Below the pieces are notes generated by a model, which had not been told where the DNA came from, made no database searches, and saw nothing but the letters and a program-made list of their open reading frames with translations. Of a stretch of 32,000 nt of DNA, positions 8,857 to 17,464 are shown piece by piece. The stretch lies in the NCBI RefSeq assembly GCF_000013905.1, contig NC_007969.1, forward strand, positions 2,250,001 to 2,282,000, in the 5' to 3' direction. Source of the stretch: Psychrobacter cryohalolentis K5 (GTDB lineage Bacteria; Pseudomonadota; Gammaproteobacteria; Pseudomonadales; Moraxellaceae). The position numbers were made by a program, and so were the translations under genes. Every line of letters starts with the position of its first letter. Position 1 is the first letter of the stretch.

Positions 8857-9375
8857 ATGTTATTTAAAAAATCGGTTATGACCGCGGCCGTATTTGCCGT
8901 TGGTAGTTTTGCTGTAATGTCTGCGAATGCTGCTGAATCTGGAACTTTTGATGTCAATATGACTGTTACAAAAACCTGTAATGTAGTAGCAGGTTCTACT
9001 GTTGGGTTAGGTAATACTGTCGCTGGTACTAGTGATCAGTCAAACCTTACTTCTACTCCTGTTAAGGTTAATTGCTCTAATACAACGCCTTATAAACTTG
9101 GGCTAACAACAAATACAGGTATAGCTGGTGCAGGGGTTATGCTAGGAGGAGTTGGTGGTACAGAACAAATATCCTATGAGATGTTTAGCAATGCAGGTCA
9201 TACAGCTCTTTGGGGTAACAATGCTGTTGCTGAAAGTGAGAACAGAGTTCCTGGCACAGGCGATGGTATGGCGACTACTGCTAAAGAACATATAGTCTAT
9301 ATAAAAGCAGGTAGTACTAGTAATGTCTCGCCAAGCTTATATAAAGATACTATTACTGTTAATGTATCTTATTAA
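8857..9375 (+). CDS. Spore-coat-protein-U (SCPU) domain pilin, major subunit of an archaic Csu-type chaperone-usher pilus
   Basis: ATG at 8857 follows GGAAA (8846-8850). The signal peptide is MLFKKSVMTAAVFAVGSFAVMSANA. The mature protein is Gly/Thr/Asn-rich with a Cys pair (TKTCNV...VNCSN) and a ...TITVNVSY C-terminus typical of SCPU/CsuA-B-like subunits. It is followed by chaperone and usher genes. Confidence 0.8.
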   Translation: MLFKKSVMTAAVFAVGSFAVMSANAAESGTFDVNMTVTKTCNVVAGSTVGLGNTVAGTSDQSNLTSTPVKVNCSNTTPYKLGLTTNTGIAGAGVMLGGVGGTEQISYEMFSNAGHTALWGNNAVAESENRVPGTGDGMATTAKEHIVYIKAGSTSNVSPSLYKDTITVNVSY

Positions 9376-9380
9376 TAATC

Positions 9381-10145
9381 ATGCTAAGTCCTCAGTTACA
9401 ACGCATGCTAAGACCTACTCTTCTTATCTCCACCTTGCTATTGTCCTCTAGTGTGGCAGTGGCAGCGGGTTTACAGGTATCGCCCATCTCGCTAAGCTTA
9501 CAGGCACGCGAGACAGCGAGTGGTCTGACACTCAGCAACACCAGTAACACTGTGGTGCAGGCGCAGGTACGCGTACAGAAGTGGACTCAGGATGGCACAG
9601 GTGACCAGCTTATCCCATCGCGAGGACTGCTCGCCAGTCCGCCGATGATTGAGCTACAGCCCGGTGAGCGGCAGCTGGTACGCATTATCCGCGCCAAAGC
9701 ACCGCCGCAAGGTGCAGGCGCTATAGAGGACGCGTACCGATTGTTGGTCAATGAGGTGCCAGTTAATTTACCCGAGAATACCAGCGGGCTACAGTTTGCG
9801 CTCAGCTACTCGCTACCGGTCTTTATACAGCCTGTTGGCGTGACTAAAACCAGTGCGCAGTTGCAGTGGAGTACTCATCTGCAATCGGATAGCAAGGCGG
9901 TCAAGCTGCGCGTGAGTAATCGCGGTAATGGGCATGCGCAATTGGCGGGGCTAAGCTTTAGTGATGCGGCAGGTACGAGTACGGAGCTCTATCCCGGTTT
10001 GCTTGGTTATGTGTTACCCGGTGCGACTATGAACTGGACACTGAAAATACCACCCTCCGTGCTAACTTCAGGGGGTAAATTCAAGGTTATGCTAAATGGT
10101 ACACAGACGACACCTGACGTCACACTGGACACAAACACTCGCTAA
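9381..10145 (+). CDS. Periplasmic pilus chaperone (PapD fold, CsuC-like)
   Basis: The signal peptide ends ...SSSVAVAA, followed by GLQVSPISL...LTLSNTSNTVVQAQVRV..W, a typical chaperone N-domain. The 254 aa size fits, and the gene sits between pilin and usher. Confidence 0.85.
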   Translation: MLSPQLQRMLRPTLLISTLLLSSSVAVAAGLQVSPISLSLQARETASGLTLSNTSNTVVQAQVRVQKWTQDGTGDQLIPSRGLLASPPMIELQPGERQLVRIIRAKAPPQGAGAIEDAYRLLVNEVPVNLPENTSGLQFALSYSLPVFIQPVGVTKTSAQLQWSTHLQSDSKAVKLRVSNRGNGHAQLAGLSFSDAAGTSTELYPGLLGYVLPGATMNWTLKIPPSVLTSGGKFKVMLNGTQTTPDVTLDTNTR

Positions 10146-12660
10146 AGTCGTTTTTTTGCAAGGTGTGGCAGTATCTATTAGCCACGCCGCGGCACTGAGT
10201 GAAGATATCTCTACGAGCAGCGTTGATACCAACGCTGCTTTTTTGCGTGTTGCGAAAGCTATGGAGCCTACAATTCAGGCTCAAACGGATACCATTGCTC
10301 AGGCTAATATAGATGCGGATTTGGCTCAGCTTGATTTGGACCGTTATAGTGATGATGACGATGCAGGGCTGGATTTATATCTGGACGTCACGCTGAATGG
10401 TGCCAGTAAGGGTCTAGTACACTTCGACTACCGTGATGAGCGCCTTTGGGCAACAGCAGCTATCTTGCAACAGCTGAGCTTTGTGTTGCCTCCATCGCTA
10501 CAGGCAAGCCGTGACCCTATCGCCCTTGACAGCCTACCTAAGCTGAATATTGACTACGATGCACGCCAGCAAACACTCACCCTTATTGCTCCACTCGATA
10601 TGCTCAAGCTAGATACGACTACCCATAGTACGCGCACCAATAAGCGCCCAAAAGCGAGCGCCTCGCCCGGTCTGTTATTAAACTATGACCTGTATGGCAG
10701 TCAAACTCAGAATAGCACTAAAAGTCTGAGCGCCTATACGGAGCTGCGCGCCTTTAATGCGCTTGGCGTGGTCAGCTCTACCGCCTTAACGACTGCAAAT
10801 ACGGCTGCTAATGACAGTCGCCACAGTCAGTGGAAGGGTCAAACCGTGCGCCTTGATACTAGCTGGAGTCAATCCTTCCCTGATAAGCTGCTGACGGTTC
10901 GGGCAGGCGATATTCTGACCGGTGCATTATCGTGGACGCGGTCGACACGTTTGGGCGGTCTACAAATCGGCACCAACTTTAATCTGCAGCCTTATCGCTC
11001 GACCACACCGTTGCCATCGTTTTTTGGCTCAGCAACTCTACCCTCAAAGGTAGAGCTGTTTGTTGATGGTCTTAAACACTATAGCGGTGAGGTGCCCGCC
11101 GGTCCCTTTGAGCTGGACACCGCGCCTAGTATCAGTGGCGCAGGAACGGCGCAACTGGTGGTCACCGATGCCTTGGGTCAAAGCAAGACGCTAAACTTTT
11201 CCTTATATGACACCCATCGACTGCTCCAGCCCGGACTGTCTGATTGGTCAGTTGAGATGGGCGCAGTGCGTGAAAATTATGGGACGGAATCTTTTGATTA
11301 TGGGGATGCGCTTGCCGCCAGTGGAACTTGGCGCCATGGGGTGTCCAACCGTTTTACCGCTGAAACCCATGCCGAAGTGACGCACGGTCTCTCCAATGCA
11401 GGTGTCGGTGGGACTTGGCTATTGGGGCGCGCTGGTGGTATTTTGTTTGCCTCGCTAGCCGCAAGCCATAGTCAGGGACAAAGCGGCATGCAGTACAGCA
11501 CCAATTATTCATGGAATAATCGTCGCTTTAACATTGGTTTTAATGCGCTGGGAACTTCTGGTGTATATCGCGATGTAGGCTCCCAATATGGCAATGCCCC
11601 TGTACATCGAAGTGAGCAAATATCTACTGGTTATAGCATACCGACGCTCGGTAATTTTGGGCTAAGTTACCATCAGGTTGCCCAAGCTGAAAAAGAGGAC
11701 ACGCAATTTGCCCGTGTCTCTTGGTCCAAATCCTTTGGCAGACGAGTAAGTATGAACCTCAATTATAACCATGACTTTGACCAATCAGCAAAAAGTAGCC
11801 TGTCGATAGGCGCATCGCTATCACTAGATCGCAATATGTCAATGCGAAATAGCTTGCAACACACCGCAGCGCAAGACATCATCACAGCAGATATCTCAAA
11901 ATCAGCGCCAAGCGCAGGTGGCATTGATTGGCGCGCGCAGGTACGCCACAGCGCGGCTAGCCAATCAGACGACAGCTTAAATAGTAATACTAAAGACAGT
12001 ACAGGCGCGTTGGCTGAGCTGAGCTACCTTGGACGCTACGGACGGGTTCAGGCTGGTATCAGTAGTAATGATGACAGCTATGCCACTTACGCCAGTGGCA
12101 CAGGGTCACTTGTGATGATGGGCGGCGGCATGTTTCCTGCGCGCCAAATTAATAGCGGATTTGCGGTGGTATCGACTGGCGGTATCGCTGATGTGCCCGT
12201 CCTATTGCAAAACAATCCTATTGGCACGACCAACCACCGCGGGCTGCTGCTAGTGACACCGCTCAATGCCTATCAAGAGAATAAGATTGCTATCGACCCC
12301 ATGCAGTTGCCTGCTGACTTACGTATTAATAAAGTCAGTCTGGACGCAACCCCAACCGACCGTGCCGGAGTTATGGTCGCTTTTGATATTACCCCTGTGC
12401 GCTCAGCAACCATTGTATTAATCGATAGCGATGAGCAACCGATTGCACTTGGTAGTCAAGTCACCTTGATCTCCAACGAAGATACGCCAACCACTGTAGT
12501 GGGTTTTGATGGTGAGGTATATTTGGATACATTGGATGCCCACAATACACTGGAGGTCACTACCCCTGCTGATGGCATTTGTACTGTGCGCTTTAAGTAC
12601 ACCAAGCAAGGCGATGAGATTCCGCTCCTCGGTCCTTTTATCTGTAAAAAGGTACAATAA
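10096..12660 (+). CDS. Outer-membrane fimbrial usher (CsuD-like)
   Basis: 854 aa. It has the LYLDVTLNG... plug/N-domain style motif and a long beta-rich, Gly/Ser/Tyr-rich barrel region. ATG at 10096 gives a plausible signal peptide (HRRH...VVFLQGVAVSISHAAA|L) but overlaps the chaperone gene by 50 nt, so the start is not certain. Confidence 0.88.
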   Translation: MVHRRHLTSHWTQTLAKVVFLQGVAVSISHAAALSEDISTSSVDTNAAFLRVAKAMEPTIQAQTDTIAQANIDADLAQLDLDRYSDDDDAGLDLYLDVTLNGASKGLVHFDYRDERLWATAAILQQLSFVLPPSLQASRDPIALDSLPKLNIDYDARQQTLTLIAPLDMLKLDTTTHSTRTNKRPKASASPGLLLNYDLYGSQTQNSTKSLSAYTELRAFNALGVVSSTALTTANTAANDSRHSQWKGQTVRLDTSWSQSFPDKLLTVRAGDILTGALSWTRSTRLGGLQIGTNFNLQPYRSTTPLPSFFGSATLPSKVELFVDGLKHYSGEVPAGPFELDTAPSISGAGTAQLVVTDALGQSKTLNFSLYDTHRLLQPGLSDWSVEMGAVRENYGTESFDYGDALAASGTWRHGVSNRFTAETHAEVTHGLSNAGVGGTWLLGRAGGILFASLAASHSQGQSGMQYSTNYSWNNRRFNIGFNALGTSGVYRDVGSQYGNAPVHRSEQISTGYSIPTLGNFGLSYHQVAQAEKEDTQFARVSWSKSFGRRVSMNLNYNHDFDQSAKSSLSIGASLSLDRNMSMRNSLQHTAAQDIITADISKSAPSAGGIDWRAQVRHSAASQSDDSLNSNTKDSTGALAELSYLGRYGRVQAGISSNDDSYATYASGTGSLVMMGGGMFPARQINSGFAVVSTGGIADVPVLLQNNPIGTTNHRGLLLVTPLNAYQENKIAIDPMQLPADLRINKVSLDATPTDRAGVMVAFDITPVRSATIVLIDSDEQPIALGSQVTLISNEDTPTTVVGFDGEVYLDTLDAHNTLEVTTPADGICTVRFKYTKQGDEIPLLGPFICKKVQ

Positions 12661-13637
12661 TGTTACGACTTCAAAGCTATCATCTATTGATCATACTAGT
12701 AGTGGGTTTATTCTTAGCCAACCCTATAACCGCAAATGCCGCTATTAGCTGTACTCAAGCGAGTAACACCATCAGTAATTTAAACTTCGGTCCTGTCAAT
12801 CCCTTCTCAAGTACAACCTCAACCTCAGCGACCATTAACTATGAATGCAGAGGCAGTGAGGGACGCGCGTCAACTGCTAGAATTTGCTATACCTTTGGTC
12901 CTTTGAACACCGATGACCACAAGCTACTTGGACCGAACAATACAACATTGGCTTTTGATTTATTTTCAAGTTCAAGCCATGGTGCGCCTATTAGTAAAGC
13001 CAATCCGCTACAACTGACACTTAGTAGTGATGGGAGTAGCACACTTATCAAAGGCAATATTACAGTATATGCGCAAACACTCGCTGGGCAGACGCAGCTG
13101 GTTTCAGGAGATTACACACTTAATAATCAGATATATATGACTGTGAACTCAGTGGATAGCAGTAGTGCGCCTAATGATTGTCTGGCGGTTACTGATACCT
13201 CAACCTACGCATTTACATATACCAGTCAGGCATCTGTTGACGCTCACTGCGCAGTTACTACGGCAGGTGTATTGGATCTTGGACGCGTTTCGGCATCAAC
13301 TGTGCCCACGATAGGTTCAGCAAGCAACCTTATCAATGTCACCTGTACCAATACGACTTTTTATAATATTGGCTTAGCGCCTTCGAATAAGGATATAAAT
13401 GGTCAGGGCGTTATGACAGGAACCAATGCCGAGCCTACCTTACCTTATCAACTACAATCTGATGCAAGCGGTACAGAATGGGGCAATAACGGAAATACTT
13501 ATGCCGCCCTCACCAATGGTGTAACAGGTACAGGAGATGGTGCGGCGAAAGCCCATACAGTGTACGTTACTGTACCGAACACTGATGTCACCCCTAATAC
13601 CTATTCTGATAGGGTGACTGTGACCGTGTATTATTAA
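12660..13637 (+). CDS. Two-domain SCPU-family pilus subunit, probable tip adhesin (CsuE-like)
   Basis: The start overlaps the usher stop (TAATG at 12658-12662). The signal peptide ends ...ITANA. At 325 aa it is about twice pilin size, with two SCPU-like halves each carrying Cys pairs, and the C-terminus ...RVTVTVYY resembles the pilin C-terminus. Confidence 0.7.
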   Translation: MLRLQSYHLLIILVVGLFLANPITANAAISCTQASNTISNLNFGPVNPFSSTTSTSATINYECRGSEGRASTARICYTFGPLNTDDHKLLGPNNTTLAFDLFSSSSHGAPISKANPLQLTLSSDGSSTLIKGNITVYAQTLAGQTQLVSGDYTLNNQIYMTVNSVDSSSAPNDCLAVTDTSTYAFTYTSQASVDAHCAVTTAGVLDLGRVSASTVPTIGSASNLINVTCTNTTFYNIGLAPSNKDINGQGVMTGTNAEPTLPYQLQSDASGTEWGNNGNTYAALTNGVTGTGDGAAKAHTVYVTVPNTDVTPNTYSDRVTVTVYY

Positions 13638-13795
13638 TAACCTTATAAAAGAAAACAGCAAGAGTGAAGATAAGTCTTTTCACAAAACCGATCTACCTTT
13701 GCTTAGATCTAATACGTTCATCAGTAGATTCTCGACACTCAAATCTTAATAGATATGAAACTCTTGATGATTATTCACACTGAGGCATACATTTA

Positions 13796-14341
13796 TCAAT
13801 GCACAACAGGCGTACCCTCCGTGCTAAAAGCAAAGCCTTTATTGCTAAAATTACCAATCATGACTGCCTCAATGACAGGCGTAACGGTGTCGTCCACCCC
13901 TTCTACTTCAATGATAAAGTTGGCACCAGAACCCCCTTTATCCTCTTCTTTTTCGACAATATAATTGAGAGTTGCCATCGCTGGCAGCTCAATAGGAGCT
14001 CTTAAGTAGGACTTTACTAAGGCACCATCAGTATCATAATAATCAATTTTATTGATATATAATGATTTTTTTAACGTAGTATTACGTACGCTGAGTGTCG
14101 CAGAAAGCAATACTTTGCGATTGTCTCGATCGGTATAAATGTCCGAATATATGGGCACATAAAACGTTTGTTTGTAGCCAAACTGGCTGTGATCCGTTTC
14201 TTTTGACGTTTTTTCCAGCTCTTGAATTGGGTCCTTATGCTTCTCTGAAAACATCACATTTGGATCTTGTATAGACTGATCACAGCCTGAAAACAATATC
14301 AGGGCAGTCAGACATAGCATAGATACTCGATATTTTCTCAT
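13796..14341 (-). CDS. Lipoprotein of unknown function (possibly DUF3124-like; unverified)
   Basis: The signal peptide with lipobox is MRKYRVSMLCLTALILFSGC. The mature part is about 160 aa and beta-rich. It starts 15 nt downstream of the trkA-like stop, so it is probably co-transcribed. Confidence 0.6.
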   Translation of the reverse strand: MRKYRVSMLCLTALILFSGCDQSIQDPNVMFSEKHKDPIQELEKTSKETDHSQFGYKQTFYVPIYSDIYTDRDNRKVLLSATLSVRNTTLKKSLYINKIDYYDTDGALVKSYLRAPIELPAMATLNYIVEKEEDKGGSGANFIIEVEGVDDTVTPVIEAVMIGNFSNKGFAFSTEGTPVVH

Positions 14342-14356
14342 GGCCTCTTTCCTTAT

Positions 14357-15058
14357 TTAACGGGCTTTAACCCCAACACTACGTAAAAACTTATTAATAT
14401 GTTCATTAGCACCATAAATGACCAGCACATCATTATCTTGTAGTACTTGTTCAGGTGCTGCCAAGCCTTGTATATTTGGTTTGGTTTGCATACGACCGAA
14501 GCTGTCTTCATAGTGCTCATAACGCATGGTGCTGAGCAATTTGATACTAAATCGGTGTTCAAGCTGTAGCTCGCCGATGGTTCTACCAATCAAATCAGTA
14601 GGAATACTAATCTCGACAATACTAAAGTTGTCACTTAACTCGAACGAGTCTACAAAATAACGCAAGGACAGCCGTTTTGCCCAGCGCATTGCCGCCTCTT
14701 TCTCAGGATGAAAAATATCATCAACCCCAATCGCTTGTAGGACTTTTTCGTGTAGTGGATTGATACTACGACTGATCAAACGCCGTGCTTTTAACGTTTT
14801 AAATAGCGCGGTCGCCATGACATTGGCACCTTGGTCTTCACCAATAGCTACCACGACAATATCAGTATCTTTAATCGGTAAACCATTGACCGTATATTCA
14901 TCGGTCGCATCCATACAGATGGTATGAGTAATCACTTCTTTATAGGTTTCAACCTTTTGCATACTGCTATCGATAGCAATGACCTCATGACCTTGACTGG
15001 TCAACGCCATACCAAGCGAAGAGCCAAAACTGCCCAAACCTGCGATAATGAATTTCAT
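14357..15058 (-). CDS. trkA: TrkA/KtrA-type K+ transporter regulatory subunit (RCK_N plus RCK_C)
   Basis: MKFIIAGLGSFGSSLGMAL is the Rossmann GxGxxG of RCK_N. ATG at 15058 is preceded by AAAAGGAGTA (SD). The track start at 15073 adds 5 residues upstream of the SD. Confidence 0.85.
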   Translation of the reverse strand: MKFIIAGLGSFGSSLGMALTSQGHEVIAIDSSMQKVETYKEVITHTICMDATDEYTVNGLPIKDTDIVVVAIGEDQGANVMATALFKTLKARRLISRSINPLHEKVLQAIGVDDIFHPEKEAAMRWAKRLSLRYFVDSFELSDNFSIVEISIPTDLIGRTIGELQLEHRFSIKLLSTMRYEHYEDSFGRMQTKPNIQGLAAPEQVLQDNDVLVIYGANEHINKFLRSVGVKAR

Positions 15059-15108
15059 AATACTCCTTTTCACTCACCTCTATACTATAGTGGTAGTGAT
15101 GGGACGGG

Positions 15109-16869
15109 TTAGTTAATAGTAATCTCTTCCGTTGGATAACGGTAGTTACGCTCATGTCTATTTTTGAGTAAGGCAATAAAAATCGTCAGCATACTGACAC
15201 GCCCAACAAACATAATGAATGACACCACAAGCTTGCTAAAAGTAGACAGCTCCGTGGTCAGGTTCAAGCTTAAGCCCACCGTGCTATAAGCTGAAAAACA
15301 CTCAAATATCACTTTAATCAAATCAAGCTCAGGCTGATCATAACTGATCAAAGTCACGCCCAGCCCAATGACCAATAAGGACAACCACATAACAGAAAAC
15401 GCACGGCGAATTGAGTTATCTGCAATTTCGCGTTTGAACACTTCAACTTTGGTCTGTCCACGTGCCAAACTCAACGTATTTAGGAAAGCAATGGCAAAGG
15501 TGCTGGTTTTAATACCACCACCAGTAGAGTTTGGAGATGCCCCAATCCACATCAAAAAAATGGTCAGCATGATGGTTGGAAAAGCCAAGGCATTCATATC
15601 GATATTGTTAAAGCCTGCGGTTCGCGGTGTCGCAGCAGTAAAAAGCCCCGCTACCAGCTTGCCATACCAGCTGCTGTGCTCAGCCAACACACCATGATAT
15701 TCAAACATCATCACCCCAATCAGCCCTACTAACAGCAAAGCGCCAGAGGTGATTAAAGTGATCCGACTATTGATACTCAACAGCCACGGCTGGTAGGCAT
15801 AGCGCTGTCCATCACGACACAGCGCTCTTTGCATACGGTGACGCAGATAGCGGAGCAAGTTAACGACAATCAAAAAGCCCATACCGCCAAATAAAAAGGT
15901 AATACTGATAATCAGCTGTAAAGGATAATTAAAGCGCAGTGATTCATCGTATAACCCTGCACTAAAAGTAGAGAATCCAGCATTGCAGAATGCCGAAACG
16001 GCATGAAATACAGAGAAGAATAAACGCTCAAATATGCTCATGCCTGCCAAATCATAAACACTTATATAAATCAGTATTGCTGCCAGTGCCTCAATACCAA
16101 AGGTGACATATAAAATAGACTTTAAGGTTGTCACCATATCGCCCATACGTGGCGAATATGTCATCTCACTGATACTAAGCTGGGTCTCGTAACTGATACC
16201 ACCCTTAAAGAAGTAACTAAAATAAGTCACAAACGTTAGGATGCCAAGACCGCCAATTTGGATAAGACCTAGGATAATCACTTGCCCAAAGGTAGTGAAA
16301 TGGGTTGCGGTATCGACAACAATCAATCCAGTTACACAGACGGCACTGGTCGCGGTAAATAAGGCGTCTATAAAGGAGATGGGTTGATTTGTAGCATTTG
16401 GCATCATTAGCAATAATGATCCGACTAGTATCACTGATAAAAAACTTAAGATAAAAAATTGACCGGGGTTTAAAAAGGCTCGGTTAAGACTAAAATTATT
16501 ATCTGATATTTCACGGATGAAAGTGACTAGTACGGCAATCTTGATGGCAATAAAACCATCAGCGGGCGTAGACAACCCCGATTGAAACAATTCAGTAAAA
16601 TGTAGGACGAGCAAGATTAAAATGGCAATGCTGGTCAGCAAATCAAAGACAGCTACTTTATTGACCGTCAGGCGTATTTTTGGACGTATATAACGTCTTA
16701 GCGTAGTGACAAAACTGAGTAAAATTATACTCAGATAAAACAGGTGAAACACTTGTTGTAACCATGCGGACAATGTAAAACCACTGTCAATTAAGGCAAC
16801 ACCGACACCAATAAGGCTTATTACAACGATAAATTTATTTAATAACCGATACGGTATGCCCACATACAT
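15109..16869 (-). CDS. trkH: TrkH/KtrB-family K+ transporter membrane subunit with an extended N-terminus
   Basis: 586 aa polytopic protein with repeated selectivity-filter-like segments (TAVCVTGL, FCNAGFS, RTAGFN, STGGGIKT, STVGLS) characteristic of the Trk/Ktr/HKT superfamily. It lies directly upstream of the trkA-like gene. Confidence 0.85.
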   Translation of the reverse strand: MYVGIPYRLLNKFIVVISLIGVGVALIDSGFTLSAWLQQVFHLFYLSIILLSFVTTLRRYIRPKIRLTVNKVAVFDLLTSIAILILLVLHFTELFQSGLSTPADGFIAIKIAVLVTFIREISDNNFSLNRAFLNPGQFFILSFLSVILVGSLLLMMPNATNQPISFIDALFTATSAVCVTGLIVVDTATHFTTFGQVIILGLIQIGGLGILTFVTYFSYFFKGGISYETQLSISEMTYSPRMGDMVTTLKSILYVTFGIEALAAILIYISVYDLAGMSIFERLFFSVFHAVSAFCNAGFSTFSAGLYDESLRFNYPLQLIISITFLFGGMGFLIVVNLLRYLRHRMQRALCRDGQRYAYQPWLLSINSRITLITSGALLLVGLIGVMMFEYHGVLAEHSSWYGKLVAGLFTAATPRTAGFNNIDMNALAFPTIMLTIFLMWIGASPNSTGGGIKTSTFAIAFLNTLSLARGQTKVEVFKREIADNSIRRAFSVMWLSLLVIGLGVTLISYDQPELDLIKVIFECFSAYSTVGLSLNLTTELSTFSKLVVSFIMFVGRVSMLTIFIALLKNRHERNYRYPTEEITIN

Positions 16870-17160
16870 AGCTTAGGTCCAGAAAAGGAATAACCAGAAT
16901 ACTTATACTCCTTTTTTCTGTCATATACTAAGCGTGGTTTTAGATAATCGTAACCAGTTATGTGCTCTAACATCAGCCACTACAATATTCGTCATAGTTA
17001 CTTATCTAACGATTACTTTAACAAAATTATCTCCACCGTTTTATCAGCAGAGAACTTATGTTAACGAGCACTATTTATTATAATGTATTAACAATAAAAC
17101 CACTGATTGCGGTAGCGATTATTGCCAGACTGAATAAACGATCAAGGACAAGGATTTGTT

Positions 17161-17313
17161 ATGAAAATGATTTCTAAAGATAGCGTACACTCATTGATAC
17201 CGACCATCCACTATAGTACTGGCTGTACCTGCCCAAAGTGCGGCTGTAGCGCGGCATCAACTTGTGATAAATGTGATCGCTGTTCAAAATGCTGTGAGTG
17301 TGGTGAAAAGTAG
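17161..17313 (+). CDS. Small cysteine-rich protein (50 aa), candidate metallothionein; below the size cut-off of the ORF track
   Basis: My translation: MKMISKDSVHSLIPTIHYSTGCTCPKCGCSAASTCDKCDRCSKCCECGEK*. It has 10 Cys in the last 29 residues. AAGGA (17150-17154) lies 6 nt before the ATG, and a strong terminator follows 36 nt after the stop. No homology search was possible. Confidence 0.5.
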   Translation: MKMISKDSVHSLIPTIHYSTGCTCPKCGCSAASTCDKCDRCSKCCECGEK

Positions 17314-17348
17314 TCATTCTTACCATAGCCTTTTGAGCTACTCATATT

Positions 17349-17378
17349 AAAAAAGCAGCCTCTAGAGGCTGCTTTTTT
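17349..17378. terminator. Bidirectional rho-independent terminator between the Cys-rich ORF (+) and the DUF305 gene (-)
   Basis: aaaaaagcagcctct/agaggctgctttttt is a perfect 15-bp palindrome with a GC-rich core, flanked by an A-run and a T-run. Confidence 0.8.
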
Positions 17379-17464
17379 ATACTTCGAATTGCAAAATACT
17401 TAGTAAATATAGGGTCTACATTTCATTATAGTAAGGTTTAAGTATTAAAGTTTAGGTGTTAAAT

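Noticed and set aside
8598-8957. 89-aa ORF (8598..8867, +) and 64-aa ORF (8763..8957, -) in the AT-rich region upstream of the pilin gene
   Set aside because: Their Ile/Tyr/Leu/Asn-rich translations are typical of random reading of TA-rich DNA. There is no SD, and they overlap the pilin start region.
16870-17160. Possible riboswitch or leader (for example c-di-AMP/ydaO-type) upstream of trkH
   Set aside because: I could not recognise any conserved riboswitch core or a stable terminator/antiterminator pair. Only short, shuffled repeat fragments (TAGATAATCGT and TTATCTAACGATTA) are present.
17161-17313. Alternative reading of the Cys-rich ORF as a RiPP precursor (SCIFF/ranthipeptide-like)
   Set aside because: No radical-SAM maturase, protease or exporter gene lies adjacent. 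The neighbouring genes are metal-binding proteins, so a metallothionein-like role is the more economical hypothesis.
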